The position numbers and the translations under genes were made by a program. A stretch of DNA of 64,000 nt from Podarcis filfolensis (taxonomy: Eukaryota), in NCBI GenBank assembly GCA_964270895.1, contig OZ185443.1, one strand, 5' to 3'. Shown here one piece after another: positions 23,083 through 36,815 of this stretch. The notes under the pieces were generated by a model. The model ran no database searches. It had not been told where the DNA came from and saw nothing but the letters and a program-made list of their open reading frames with translations. The number at the start of each line of letters is the position of its first letter. Positions within the stretch are counted from its first letter, which is position 1.

Positions 23083-24656
23083 CAAATGCCCCTAGAATGA
23101 CAATATGTGATGCCTGGGAACAGTAAGAGCCTCGAAATTCACCTCATACCATCAAGATGTAAAAGAGAGGAGGCAATTTGAACTCCTCCTTTGTTGGGAA
23201 TCCCACCAATATTTAGGGTTGAACGTCTATGAAAGTTTGGCCACGCTCTAGTATAAAGTAAAACACTATGTTCAGTGGAGCCAGCATGATTTAAATTCAG
23301 CTTCACAGATATAACAGCTGGTTCCTAATGATGCACTCCTTAAACCGCTTATTCTTCTTTATGGCTAATGTGAATAAATTGTTTCAAGGCTGTGGTTTCA
23401 ATAAAATCTTTTATTTTCAGCCTACTTTAAAAGGGGGGGGGGAGAAATCTTGGGAAAGGAAGACCTGCCTAGTTGACTAGTGAAATCCATCATGCACTGT
23501 CATAATACTTTGCTACCATTGCTGAATTTTGTTTAGAATAATATGGCCTTAATGCCCCCATCCCCAGCTGAATTGCTCAGACTGGTAGTAGATTAGAGGA
23601 GAGAGAGGTGCCAGTATTATCTGTGTTAGTGCTCCAGAGGTCACACTACACTAACAAGACTGCCCTCCATCAGGAATGACAGAATCCAGCTGCTGAGATT
23701 TAGCTGGGGTTTCCTGTGGAGCTACAGTCATCCACATATACTAGAGATGTGTTGGAAACAAGCAAGCATTCTGCCCACTTATTCTCCTGGCTCTTTCTTA
23801 CTACTATTTTCCAAGAAATACCAATAAGTGCCAATGCATGTGAAATTATTTACCTCTTTAAGCCTGGGACCTTTTAAGGTCCCATGTATTTGAAGGTCAC
23901 TGAAATGGAAGCTTAATGTACTTTTAAATGCTCCATTTTTATTATATTCAAGGAGAATCAGCCAAATCTTTTCTTAGTGCTGAGTATGGTGCCCCACACT
24001 TATATTTTTATTTTGTTTATTTTTATTGACAGTCAGATGATTTAATGGATTCTTTTAGAAAATGACCTGTTATTGTCCATTATTTGTTAACATGTTGTTT
24101 ACAACCAATTAAGGTATTTCAGTCTACACACAGCCTTTAATTTTCCATGCCACCGTTATTTTTCAGAACATATCACACACCGAGAAGGGTCTTGCTTGGC
24201 TTATTTAAACATGCTTAAGCTTTTCAAACAACGTTCCTTCACATGGCAGGGAAGAGAAATCACATTTGCCCATAGAGGGCACTGAAGTTTTCAGCTGATT
24301 GCAGATCAGGAGCAAACCATTAATATAAACCTGGTTTTCTGAACATTTTTAATTGGCAATGCTCATTGGGCTGTAACTGGTTCAGAGTGTTTATTTATAA
24401 CAGTTAGTTTGCATAGCTGTGATGTGAAAATTTAGAGCATGCCTATCCATTCATGTTGCCATTTCATAAGGTAATAATTACCATGTATTTTGCATATGAC
24501 CTTATTATTTATCAGGGATGATAGTCCTTTCCCTTCCCTGACTGTCAGCCCTTGGAAAATCACTGGATGATATTCAATTCTTGTCGTCCTCAGAACAGAC
24601 TCATTGAAGGATAAGGCTATACTAGGTTTATTAATTTCAATGTGCTTACTCTGAGT

Positions 24657-24816
24657 GGGAATTAAATAGCTCAGTTGGTTAGAACATGGTGCTTATAATG
24701 CCAAGGTTGCAGGTTTGATCCCTGTATGAAACAGCTGCATATTCCTGCATTGCAGGGGCAGCTGCATTGGACTAGAGTATCGTCAGTGTCCCTTCCAACT
24801 CAATGATTCTGATTCT
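24657..24816 (+). mobile_element. tRNA(Ile)-like head plus CR1-tail SINE
   Basis: tagctcagttggttagaacatggtgcttataatgccaaggttgcaggtttgatccc (tRNA-like, A and B boxes), followed by a CR1-type tail ttggactaga...gtcccttccaactc...atgattctgattct. Confidence 0.8.
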
Positions 24817-25618
24817 GGGAATCCACTATCTGTCTTTTGATTCAGGGGGATACATTATTTGTGTTGGTGCCAATTGCTAGCATCTTTATTATTCAGGATT
24901 TACGACTTCCAGCCTGATCCTGAGCCCACTTTATTTCAGCCCGTGGGATTTCAGTGGGATCTATGCACTTAGAGTCCGGCATACAGAGGCCGCATCAACA
25001 CAGTCATCCTGTTCCATATTTACATACTGAAACTGCTGCACTGTGATCACCGTCTAATGTACCAAACCTTTCATTAACAGAATCCACCAATGAGTAAAAC
25101 AAAAAACAAAAGCCTGTAATACAATGAAATAATAAAGTAGAGCTGACATACAGTTAACTGGAGTCTTCTGTGTAGGGCAATTTAAATACAACATACATTA
25201 CCATAAAGGTACACTAGAAGGAAGGAAACTTGTTAAAAAGAAAGAAAGAAATTTGCTGTATACGCCTACTAATTTTCATGTGAAACAGACCGAAAGCAAA
25301 ACCACATGAGAAGGAGAAGGTGACTTTTGAAGTCATTTGTCCACATTTGTTTTAAATATTCCAAACCTAACATTTGCTTCTCCAGTACTTCTTGTATAAT
25401 TCCATGAAGATGAAAGAGGGATTGTTATTATGCTTCAGACATAGAAAGTAAAATATGACCATCAGAGCAGAAAATGGATTTTAAGTCATTCTTGTCTCAC
25501 AGACTAATATTAATGCTTTCTAGGATGGATAACTGAATAGTTTGTACATCTATATCCTGAAATTCTTGTAATGATCAGTACATTGAGCCTAGCTATTACA
25601 CTGGTGTAGTTCCATGCA

Positions 25619-25682
25619 TTTTAATATGACTTTATTTTAATATGACATTTAATATGACTTTATTTTAATATTTTAATATGAC
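25619..25682. repeat. AT-rich imperfect minisatellite built on tttaatatgac
   Basis: Four ttaatatgac units separated by short variable linkers. Confidence 0.8.
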
Positions 25683-27252
25683 AGCATATATAAGAATCAT
25701 TCATCTCCTTAGGAAGGGTTGTGCTTGGGTTTTAGAACAAAGACTTCTGTGCAACTGTGTTAAAAATGACTATTATTTTGGCTTCAATAGATTTGACTAC
25801 ATTATGGAGAAGATACTAACTCTACACTCATGATATCAACCTGGCAACATCAGCTGTTCCTCTTAGTCAGATAACAACATGGAAATGTCCCTCCAAAGTG
25901 TTTAATGAATCCCGGTTTCTAAAAGTGTATGCTAAGGATTTACTGAAACAATGGTGGGGGTGGAGAGGAATGTCAGGGTATGAATGTTAACTGTATGGTT
26001 AATAAGCTATCTCTCATTATCTTGATAATATATGTAACATTAGAAGTATACTCCTTATCTTGAAGTACATTCAAATGACATTAAGTCATTCCTGAATCAG
26101 ACCAAAATGGTAAGGAAAAAGGTCACTTCATAACATCTGCAAGGATATATATGGTGTGAAGGAACATGAGGCCACCACCCTGGTGAGGCTAAGCAGTTCT
26201 GCGTTTACTCAATGCATGGAAGCTACATCTGCACCACACTGGGTTCTATGGCAGAAGAAGGGTGGGGTATATACTGTATGTAAGATAATAAATAAGTCAA
26301 ATAAATCATTGAGAAAGGAATATTCACATTCTTGGCCAATCTCTTCTGTCTGAGATGAAAATTTCAGTGTTGAGTAAGCTAAAGACTGCTGCTAGCTATG
26401 AAGAAGAGTTAACTTGACTAAGTCCAGGTTGTAGTGGGTTCAAAATATCACTGATGAGTATTCTAGATATAAATAAATGGCAAGCAAGAGAAAGGCGCAG
26501 AACCATTTCCCAGTGCTGTGAGTAAAAGTAGATGTAATTTAATCCAGCTATGGCACAAACCCAAGTAGGCTATATTAACCGAGTAGGGGGCTATCTCACG
26601 GTAATAATAATAATTATTATTAATAATATCTGCTATGAAAGATTCTTGGAATTCTGGAATTATATCCAACTTTTATATATATATATATATATGTGTGTGT
26701 TTTAGAATGCACCTTATGTGTTTAATCTTGAGAGACAAAACACTCTTTTTAAAAATCTGGTTCTTGCATTGTGCAGATCTACAACCATGGTTTGTGCTAT
26801 TTGGTGGTCAGGCTTCTGTTCTGATAATGGGAGCCTCTGTTTGTTTAGACTGTGTAGTTCCTCCATCTAATTCACCCTGGCTCCAGTGTCACACATTCAA
26901 ACTGCTGTCAATGGAAAATTCACATTTCCCTGAAAGGCTTAAAACAGCAAACCCTATGAACTGAAATTATCTCCTCTTAAAGGTAATTATGCCAGAACAC
27001 TTGAGAAAGGGATTGCTTAAGCTCATGTGTTCCTTCAACTCTGTGCATTGCCTTAAAATGGTTTGAAATCGTACAACTGGTGTCTGTGTGTGGGGGTTTT
27101 ATTTGTTTGACTAGGCCTTTTGACAATATTTTAGTCTCAGTGGAACTTGAGATGTTGCAACCACTGCAGTTATTTCAATAACCGCATGAATCAGGAGTAA
27201 TTATTGTAATGAAGTTCCACTTCTATTTCCTAAAACAAAGCATGTATGTATG

Positions 27253-27256
<4 letters not shown>

Positions 27257-27296
<40 letters not shown>

Positions 27297-27322
27297 GTGT
27301 GTGTGTGTGTGTGTGTGTGTGT
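27257..27322. repeat. (CA)19 directly abutting (GT)14: palindromic microsatellite
   Basis: Read directly from the sequence: 27-bp perfect arms around a single G at 27295. Confidence 0.9.
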
Positions 27323-28968
27323 ATTGGCTTTTTCAAAAGAAATATCTAACATCATATGGCTGCAATCCTATGCACAATTAGGAATAACCTGTAGCGTATC
27401 TGGAAGTTCTACTGAACACAGTTCGGACTTACTTCAATGGTACAATATTCTTATTAACTAGGAGATGTGCCCCTGCTGGCATTGCTCACCAAAGCTGCCA
27501 ACCCACTTTTTACAGCTCACCCTATCTCTCTCGTCCCTTATAGCTTGCCCAATAGCAACCATCCATTCCAGCTCACCAAACCCACCTTCTCCTTTTACAA
27601 TGCAGTAGCAATTCACGAGGTGGCATGGGTAAAGCTCTGTTGCTCCCCAGTTTACTATGGGTCACTGCTGCTTACTGAGAGGGGGAGTGTAGAGGTGCAG
27701 AGAGCTCTAAGACGTGTGAAGGCTTTCGTGTGGAACATATTATCCCACCCACATACATTAGCTCCACACAAAGCAGGATTTTGGCCATGCAATTAATTCT
27801 TGGGCCAATTTTGGTCTTTAGTTGTAACTTAACTCAGGCCGTGTTCCCTTCTGGATGATCTGTGCTGGACCAAAGTCTGCCTCTGAATGTAAACTTATAC
27901 ACGGTTTGCATGGGGAGAAGGCAAGGTTTTTATTTTTATGTTTCAGGGGCAGGGGAATAAATTAATTATGAGAAAGGTTTCATGAACGAAACTGATAAAA
28001 TCATCAGTTTTTGCAACCCTGAAAGTAACCAAGAAACTTTTCAGCTGAGCCAATTATTAGCTTGGTTGCTCTGAGAAAATACAAATTTCACCATGCTATA
28101 CTTCAGTGTAGCCATCTGGGACATTTAGTAAATGAGCAGATTCTTGTTAAAGCCAGATGCTTGTATCTTAGCTATGCTATATTGCGGGAAAAGTAGTTAC
28201 CTGCTCTCTTCCTCTTCTCCAGTCAGTTCTCAAATACAAGCAGATGGAAATCTTAGAGGTATTTCTTTCACCCATTTAGTGGGCCTCATATACCAAAACC
28301 AAGCAGTTATGTGGACAACTTAAAATGCACAGGGGTATATCTGATTCCTAAATACTTCACATCTGTCACATGGAATATTTTTGAATTGTGCAGTGTGGTT
28401 TGTGCGTGAGTCCAACTAACTGGAAACATTCATTTTGTTAAAATGTCAGCTACATATATCTGGGTATATGTAAGCGGCCCTCATTTTGGAAACTATGGAT
28501 GCTCTTCTCATGTAACACTTCCAACCCCAAGAAATCAAGATATGCACAGTATGATCATGTCTTGCACAGGAGTTACATCCTGGGGATGGCACAAATATAC
28601 GAAAATGCAAATACAGAAAGAGCACTTGAGCTCTCAGACTTGCTTACCAGGCTCTGGGATGCTCTTGTGAGATCTCACTGGGCTGTCCAAGTTCCTGTGA
28701 GAGCATCCCAGAGCCTGTGGAAGGGCATCCCAGAGTCCAGGATGCAAGTCTGGCAGCTTAAAAGTAATTTCTGTGCTAGAAAAGCCTAGGGCAAAAGAAA
28801 CTTTTAAGCTCCCCCATCTTGCATGTAATTAATTTGTGGGATTTCAACTGGCCGGCTTTCAACCATGTAATGTCAAAATTGCGCAAGCGAAGGACACACC
28901 GGATATGACTGTTCTGCATGCTGGTTCCTCACTGTGGCTAGCAGGGACCGATGCAGCTGTACAGACCA

Positions 28969-29194
28969 CAGTGGTACCTCGGGTTAAGTACTTAATTCGT
29001 TCCAGAGGTCTGTTCTTAACCTGAAACTGTTCTTAACCTGAAGCACCACTTTAGCTAATGGGGCCTCCTGCTGCTGCCGCGCCGCCGGAGCCCGATTTCT
29101 GTTCTTATCCTCAAGCAAAGTTCTTAACCTGAAGCACTATTTCTGGGTTAGTGGAGTGTGTAACCTGAAGCGTATGTAACCCGAGGTACCACTG
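28969..29194 (+). mobile_element. pogo/Tigger-type MITE
   Basis: TIRs cagtggtacctcgggtta...taacccgaggtaccactg. TA on the right side and CA (mutated TA) on the left. Confidence 0.9.
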
Positions 29195-32100
29195 TACATG
29201 TAGAGTTTGTATGGGCAGAGGAAGATGCATTTGTTAACCAGGATCACAGGCAGTTGCCCCTTAATGGAGGTTGCTATTAGGGTTTTTTCAGACAGCATTT
29301 TGTCATTGATTGGAGTGGTCAGTCCTATGCCAAACTAGAAGTGATGGAAATAACCTTTGAAAACAGGCTGCTGTGAGTATGCGTAGTGGATTAGGGCCAC
29401 AGGTCATAGCCAAGTGTTATTTTCAATGTTGAGAAATAGTTGAAACTCTTATCTGCAACAAAAGATATACTAAGAGCTTCCTGTCTGGAAGAGTCTCTCT
29501 CTCCCCATCCCACCCAAAATATGCATTTATTCACCATCTGACATGCGGCTGAGCCAGATAATGATTTCACATGAAATAATCCTGTCCCATCTAAACCCAC
29601 AAAATGCTTACAATTTCAGGGTCAAATGATGCAAACTTAGAAATTCAGAAGACGTCATTTGCTGTATCTCATAAATCAGCTACATTTTGCTGGAGATAAA
29701 TAGATGGATTTTATGCGTGGTATAAACAGAACTTGATGTTAACTTGTATAGCTTGGAAGTAAGCATTTTTAAAAAACTTGCAGATTTAATTTTTTTTAAA
29801 AAAACAACATGCAAAAGTACTTAATAAATATAAAGGCACTTCAAAATGTTGCAAATACTTATGGATTTGGGCTGACAAGTCTTACATTGACCTCCCTACA
29901 TTTGGAGGCAGTGACCTTGCTACCTTCTTGTGCAAAGTCTTCTTGTGTGATTCCATGATGACCAGAAGCAGATTAAATGATGGTGATTCAATAACTATAT
30001 AAACATGAGCTTCCTTTATCTACAGCAGCCTAAGATAAGTTCTTTCACAGAAGAAAAATTTGCTATTCCCTGAAGCATCTCCAGAGGGTTGGTGGGGGGA
30101 TGCCCTTGAACAATGTGGGTTGGTTTGGAATGCTGCTGGGTGACATAAGGGATGAGAAACTTTCTTTCCATGATGTTAAGTTATCTTAAGCCCATTTTTT
30201 TTAGTGATTACCCCATCAGCCAATGGCATCCTCCATTGTTCTGAAGGGCCTTCTCGATTTCCTGAGAAGCTTTTAAGGACCATGATGGCATGCTGAAGAC
30301 CAGTGATGTCAGGAAACGGTCCTTGTAACTGGTGATCCAGCCACATTTGAGGACAGAGAAACTGGCTTTTCTTGGCACAGAATTGAAATTATTTCAGTGA
30401 CTTTTCAGTGCCAAGTTCAGTCACCCTAAGCACGAACACCCTAAGCAAACGCAGGCGTTTGCTATGAAGAATTTACTGGAAGGCAAAATAAGCAAAGATG
30501 AGAAAGATTACCTTGAAACCATGAAGCTTATGCAACACACATGCCCACTGCAAAAGCAGTCTTTCCTGTCACTCTCAAGAGCTTCTGTTCTTCTTCATGT
30601 TCCTCAGTCATAGGACTATTTAAAATGATTTAAAGGGCAGCTACTCCCAATTATCTGGGAACAGGATAAATTTTCCAGTAGCTAAAGATGACAACTGAAC
30701 CATAGGTTTAACATTTTAAAAGAGAGTGACAAAACTACTGTGCACAAAGCTGTTTTCGCTACTATCTTATTTATCCTCACATAACAGCCTGTGCACCTCT
30801 TTACTCTTGAGATATGTATTTTTAGAACCCATCTTATTTCTGTGAATGGATGCTGATTTAAACTGTTTTAATTGTTGTAACTCTTGCTGGACTTTAAGAT
30901 AAAGAGTAGGTAAGCAGTAATAATTATGTGATATGTTAAGGCTGAGGAAACATACACTTCCTAGGAACTGCAGTCTGTTCAGGGTGCTGGGAATTCTAGC
31001 TCCATGGTGGATAAACTACACCACCAGGATTCATTGGTGTGCACACATTTTGAGACAGTAACTTTCTTTAGATCAGGGGTGGGGAGTTTCAAGCCAGGGT
31101 TTGAATGTGATCCCTCTTTCCTCTTTTTCTGGCTCCCAGGCCATTCTCCCTTCCCAAGTCATGCCCCATACTGGTCCTTCTCTGCACATACACCCCACCT
31201 TCCATGTTCTTCTCTTTCCTTGCACAATGACTACTGTTTCTAAACAGAAATGTAGATGTTCCATTATAGAACCTCAAGAAGAAATTTAATCCACTACCAT
31301 TGCAGCAGTAACTCACACGGGACACAAAAAAATGTTCATGCATTGCAGCAGCAAAATGTTTTGCAACCATTTATGAGTCACATGCAACCCCAGAAAATTT
31401 GCCCAAGACGCTCTTATCAGTTTTGTGTTCTGAGAAGGACCATCATTCAAAATCCTTTCTCAATCTTAGCAATGAAGCAACTGAGCTGCCTCGAAGCAAA
31501 TACTTCTACAGAGCCTCACATCCGCATTTCACTGACAGCTACAGCAACTGAACTGCTTCAACATTACTCCTCCAGCAACATGTGAGGTCTTGGCTGTGGA
31601 GGTGGACTCCACACTACAGCTTTTCCTCACAGCAAAGGTAGCCAGTCTCTAGGGAAATCACCCTGAGATAATCCATGCTCTTGGCTACTCCTGCATGTTC
31701 TGGGGGTTCTCACATTATCTGGTCCTGCAGGAAGGACCAGAGCTGCAGTGATTTCCACTCTGCTAGGTAACCTAAGAACCAAGCTGGGACACACAAGGCC
31801 CATCTGTGCTGCATTTGCACAGGGACTGGGAACACATGACTCTGGATCTCCTTACCAATACAGGATATTGACCTGATCCAGGTTTTGGCTCCAGTTCGGG
31901 GAGGGGTTAGAAAAGACATCCTTACGGTAGAAGTGACTCACTCAGTGGGACAGAACCATATTGTAAGTTTCCTGGAAGTAGGGTCACTGCCACTTTCTGG
32001 GGGCTAGGAGGTGAGCTGGCAGGAAGGAAGGATGGCATGATATGGGTGCACTGGAAGAGCCAAGCTGGTGTCCCCACCAATGTGCCTGCACCATGCTAAC

Positions 32101-32256
32101 TTCCCTTCTGCTTCACCACTCCCCATCACAGTAAGCACATTTATCCATTTCACCTGTGTTTATTCATATGTCTGTTCTGTCCTGTGGCAGCATCAGTCTC
32201 CTGGCTGGTTGTATGGAATGGGCTCAGAGTGAAAAGGAAATTGAGTGTGTCGTGAT

Positions 32257-32727
32257 TAGGGGTGGACCAAACTGTAGATTTCAGTCTCTCTCAGTTTCTC
32301 ATTTTTTTAGATCTTAACATCAGTTTGGCACATTTCCATATCAGTTTGCATTTTTTTAAGACTTCATTAAAATCCACCAGAATTTTAGTGATTATTCCTC
32401 CTAGTTTAAACAAATGTCCAAAATGTGCCATTATACAGTTTTGAACGTGATTTTTCTCATATACGAATATTGCAAAATATGTGTATATTTGAAGTTTCCC
32501 CTAAAAATGATTTTTTGTATGTTACTTTCATTAACAGATGCATTTTTATGCACAATTTCCTCCAGTTTATGCAATTATCTACACATTACTTGGCTGGATA
32601 AGTGCTTTCCAAAATTTGTGAATTTCAAAGGGTAGATATGTTTTGTTTCCTATATTGTTTTGGAAAGTGCAAATTAGGCAGGTTTGCCTTTAAATGTCAA
32701 CCGAATCACATGTCTTCCCCATCCCTA
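32257..32727 (+). mobile_element. ~470-bp AT-rich non-autonomous DNA-transposon-like repeat
   Basis: taggggtgg...cccatcccta inverted termini. Partial homologues at 13540-13878 and 43436-43670. No clear TSD. Confidence 0.65.
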
Positions 32728-35400
32728 GAAGCAATGCCTTGCAGAAGAGGAGGTTTCACAGAGAGCAGGACCGCTGAGAGCACCTTGCTGAAGACACCCC
32801 AAAACCTGGAACCATCCCTATACAAGTTGTAGCTACTGCAAGCTGCTGCAGCTGGAAATTAAAAGCTGTTGCTACACTCATATCCAAAATTGCTTGGTTC
32901 ACACATTATGTTTATTCAATGCAAACACACGCTTGAGGAAAGCCAGGGCTGCTTCTGTAATGAAAGCATACATTGTGTGAACTGCCTTCCAGGTTCTCTA
33001 ATAACAACAGGAAAGTTACAACGATGTATTTGACAATGTATCTGTGTGGTAGGAAAGCTAGGGATTACTTTTAAGAAAATAAATGCAAGGATTAAGAGGA
33101 AGTACACTGTTACACAGGCTCAGTACACAAATTTCCTGGTTAATCCTGATGGCAATTAAAAATGATTTATGGGAATTATTAGAATCTTCAGCATCATGAA
33201 TGTTAATATGAATTTCCTGAAGAAATGCAATATTGGGGGGGGAAATATATCAAATTGTCAAAGGCAGCCAAAATGCCTTCAAGAAGACAAAGTAAGATAG
33301 AAGTTTAATAAGGTTGAATAAAAGCAAATTTGGGGCCAGGAAGAGCAGACAGATGAGTTTCATCTTCCTTTTCACCAGACATGGAGGTTAGTCTTTGTCA
33401 AACAATGATAAAATGTGTTTGATATGCTAGTGTTTAGACCAAGATGATTCAAGTCTTCCTCCTATGACAGACTCTTGGCATTGACAGCACCCATTAAAGA
33501 TTCAGCTCAAATAAACTTTGTTAAAATACCAGTTGCCTTTTTACTCCTGCCAGGTATTTGCAATTTCAGCTCAGCACAAATATACAAAGAAAGAGCCTTA
33601 AAAAAAAAAAACAACAACCGGAAAAAACCTGCCAACTAGCAATCTAGCATTATGTTATGTTGGTTATCTACAGCCTCCAAAGAAGATAGCAGGAGTTTTG
33701 TGTAGAATGTTAGTTTCATTAACATTTATTTTCATTAACTCAAGACTATGTGACTTCGTATTGAAATAAGTGGAAAAAGCAATGAACTTTTGGTCAAGTG
33801 GGGACACATTTTGGCAGGCCCTTCCCACTATCTTTTATTGGCATTTCCTGATGGGGTAAACATTGCAGTTCTGTGAGTGGAATGGGGCTTTCCTTACAAC
33901 TCTCAGCTCCCTTAATCAGCCATATTTCTCAGGATTCCTTGAGGGATGCTAGGACTGTTTAAAGTGGTATAATAGTGCTTTAAATATATTGTGTGGATGT
34001 GGCCAAAGAAATGGAAGCTGAAGAGTAGAGCCCAATTTAACAACTGAGTCTTAAGAAAATCAAAACATACTCCCTCCCCTTCATCACTGTCCCTTGTTTT
34101 AATCGCTGCTTTATTTCCATATACAAGTATAACATAAATGTTGGCAAATAATGTGTTCCTCTACCAGGCAGCAGACCAGCCATCCCACCTCAGATACTCA
34201 AAGATGTTTTGCATCCCCTTTAGTGCTTCAGACCTTTCACTACCTCTCGGTGCATCACTGAAGGCCCCTTCATGCAATTTCACAGCTTTTGATCCCACCC
34301 ACCCTTCAAAGTCAACATGTTGCAAGAGGGAAGCCTATACATATAGACCTTTATGAATCTGAAGTCCTATAATCCTTTGGAAGCTTCTATGTGCTTCCCT
34401 CTTGCAAATGTCTCTGCTCTGTGAGGTGCGACCAGGGAGATGCATGACCTCAGGGGCAAGGCCAACAGCATGGCCCCATGTGTTCACCTGGAGACCCCTT
34501 TGTATGATTAACACCTGACAATTAGCTCCCATTAATAAAACATTAGCCAACCATTGTAGAGTATCTAACCAGCAATTTACTTAACACAACAATCCTGACC
34601 ACCAGTTGGAACACCATTGTAGGCACTGATATCTAATTAGGTTGACAGCTTTGCTTCAAGAGCCATCTAATATAAAAGTATCTTATTTCTTTGGCAGCAT
34701 GGTACCTTTTTACAACTGGCATTTAGACACCTCAAGCTTTTGGAAATTGTTGTTGATGCTTAGCTAAGATATATCTGATATGCTGTATTTCTGTATATTT
34801 TTAATGCCTTTCTGTGATTTTATTGGTCTGACATGGTTATTTTATTGGAGGTTTTGCTTCCTGTCCTGACGTATTCAGATTAACAGCAGCATGTAAGTGT
34901 TTTGAATAAATGAATGGCTGCTACAACCTCTGCGGTTGCTTCTACACTGGTGACACTGAACTACATGAGCAGGCATTTTTAAATGAGCCTGGACTGGTGC
35001 AGGCAAAAATGAAGGCGGCAGCAATGAAGCCTAAGAGTACACGTGAATGGAGAGAACAGTGCTTCCAGTACCAGCAGAGGCTTTCTGCTGGTTGCAAGCA
35101 TTAGGGAGGGAGATTTTAGGAATGGGTTAAAACATCCCACGTCCACATGCTGCAGTCTTAATGAAAATCCACACTATATGCCTGCTATTAATTTTTTTAA
35201 ATAAAAATAAAAGCAGATGACATTGTAAATCATATATTTATTTAGTGTTGTGTCTAGGCTGGTGCTGTGTACATGATGGCAGCCCAAACTTGCTACCTAG
35301 ATGGTAGCACAGTAAGTGGGAAAGGGGATAGTCACTTATGTATGATGGACCCAGATTCTTATGCCCAGAAGTGGCATTAGTCCTATTAAGCTATGGATAA

Positions 35401-35405
<5 letters not shown>

Positions 35406-35448
<43 letters not shown>
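35406..35448. repeat. (AC)n microsatellite
   Basis: Direct repeat. Confidence 0.95.
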
Positions 35449-35450
<2 letters not shown>

Positions 35451-36684
35451 TACCAGCATCCACTCTCTGATATATTCCTTGAAGACATCCAAAGCAGTTC
35501 ATACAAAGTGTGTTTACACCAGGGATTTGAACTCTTCTTAATATGCTTCCATGGAAATTGCAAACTTGGCTTCGCACCAGAATATTTGCTCCATGACAAA
35601 TGTGAAAACTTAATAAACTCTTAAGTGTCGTGGTTCTTCATTCCTGGGAAGTTTGATCATCACAAGAGTGATGCAAACAAAGAAGGATTATTACCCAAAA
35701 ATATGAATCATTTCAGCAAGATACAAACCTAGATTACACAAGAAGGTCATTTGATGTATTATATTTTCCCCACAGCAAAGGAAGATTTCATTGGCAGTCT
35801 CCCATTCACAGCACACAGATCATATCTTCAAAGCATTTATGCCAGACCCAAACCAAAGTCAGTAAGGCTACACAGGAGTAAGTGATTCAGCTGTCTCAGC
35901 CAATTTGTTTGTTTATATTTTAGGTCCTCTTCCAGCATTACAGTAAAAGAAACATCAATACATGAGAGGGGGTCAGCAACGATTTCTATCCCCACCCTGC
36001 ATTGCTGTTTTCATCACCTTCCAACTTATGGAAAGTGAGGGTCAGAAGCAGGGAGTTTTTGTAGCCACGCTCTAATGAGGGAACCAGTGTGGGATGCCTG
36101 GTCGCACCCCCTCACAAAATGTGCCTGGGGCCACAGACCCCCTGTCCCCCATGTTATGCCACTGCCAGAGGATACTGTATTCACCAGTATAAAAAGCCAC
36201 TGAGAGAGCGAGGAAAATAAACTAGATCATGTCCCCCTGTCCATCTCCTGAAAAATGTAATCCATCAGGATGACCAAGACTGATTCTCTTTTGGTCTTCA
36301 ACTGATACTTGGATGAATCAAGAGAATCACTTTCATCCTAGAGAAACTGCCTCTGAACCAGCACCTGCTCCTCAAATGTATATTGATGACTAGGCAGTAG
36401 TTGGCATAAAACCCTGTCCAGGGTGGGGTTTTATTCCCAGTAGTGACTGTATCACACCAACAAGCAATAAAGTGTTCTTTGCACTCTGGATCCATCCAGT
36501 TAACCCTCCACAGTTTGCACGAACTAGCCAGGATACACAAGGGTCAAGAACAGAGTTGGGGAGGATTCCAGTTCACTCCACATTTCTCATTTTGTCCCCC
36601 TCAGACACATAGTTGGATCAGAATGTTGATTTGCAGATTAAACCGCATAATCAACAGACTGAAGTGCTTATGAGTCCATACTGT

Positions 36685-36815
36685 CAGTGCTTTTTTTCTG
36701 GGGGGACGCAGGGGTACGCATACCCCTAAACATTTTGTGAATCTCAGTTTGTCCTCATTGAGGGGCAGTATTTCAATATGAGTAGGAAACATTTTTTAAA
36801 GGAAAAAAAGCACTG
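36685..36815. mobile_element. hAT-type MITE, internally deleted
   Basis: TIRs cagtgcttttttt...aaaaaaagcactg. The left flank catactgt reappears on the right as catacttactgt (8-bp TSD with a short slippage duplication). Confidence 0.8.

Noticed and set aside
24661-24725. Possible tRNA-Ile gene
   Set aside because: The stems are mismatched and the sequence runs directly into a CR1-type tail, so it is a SINE head rather than a tRNA gene.
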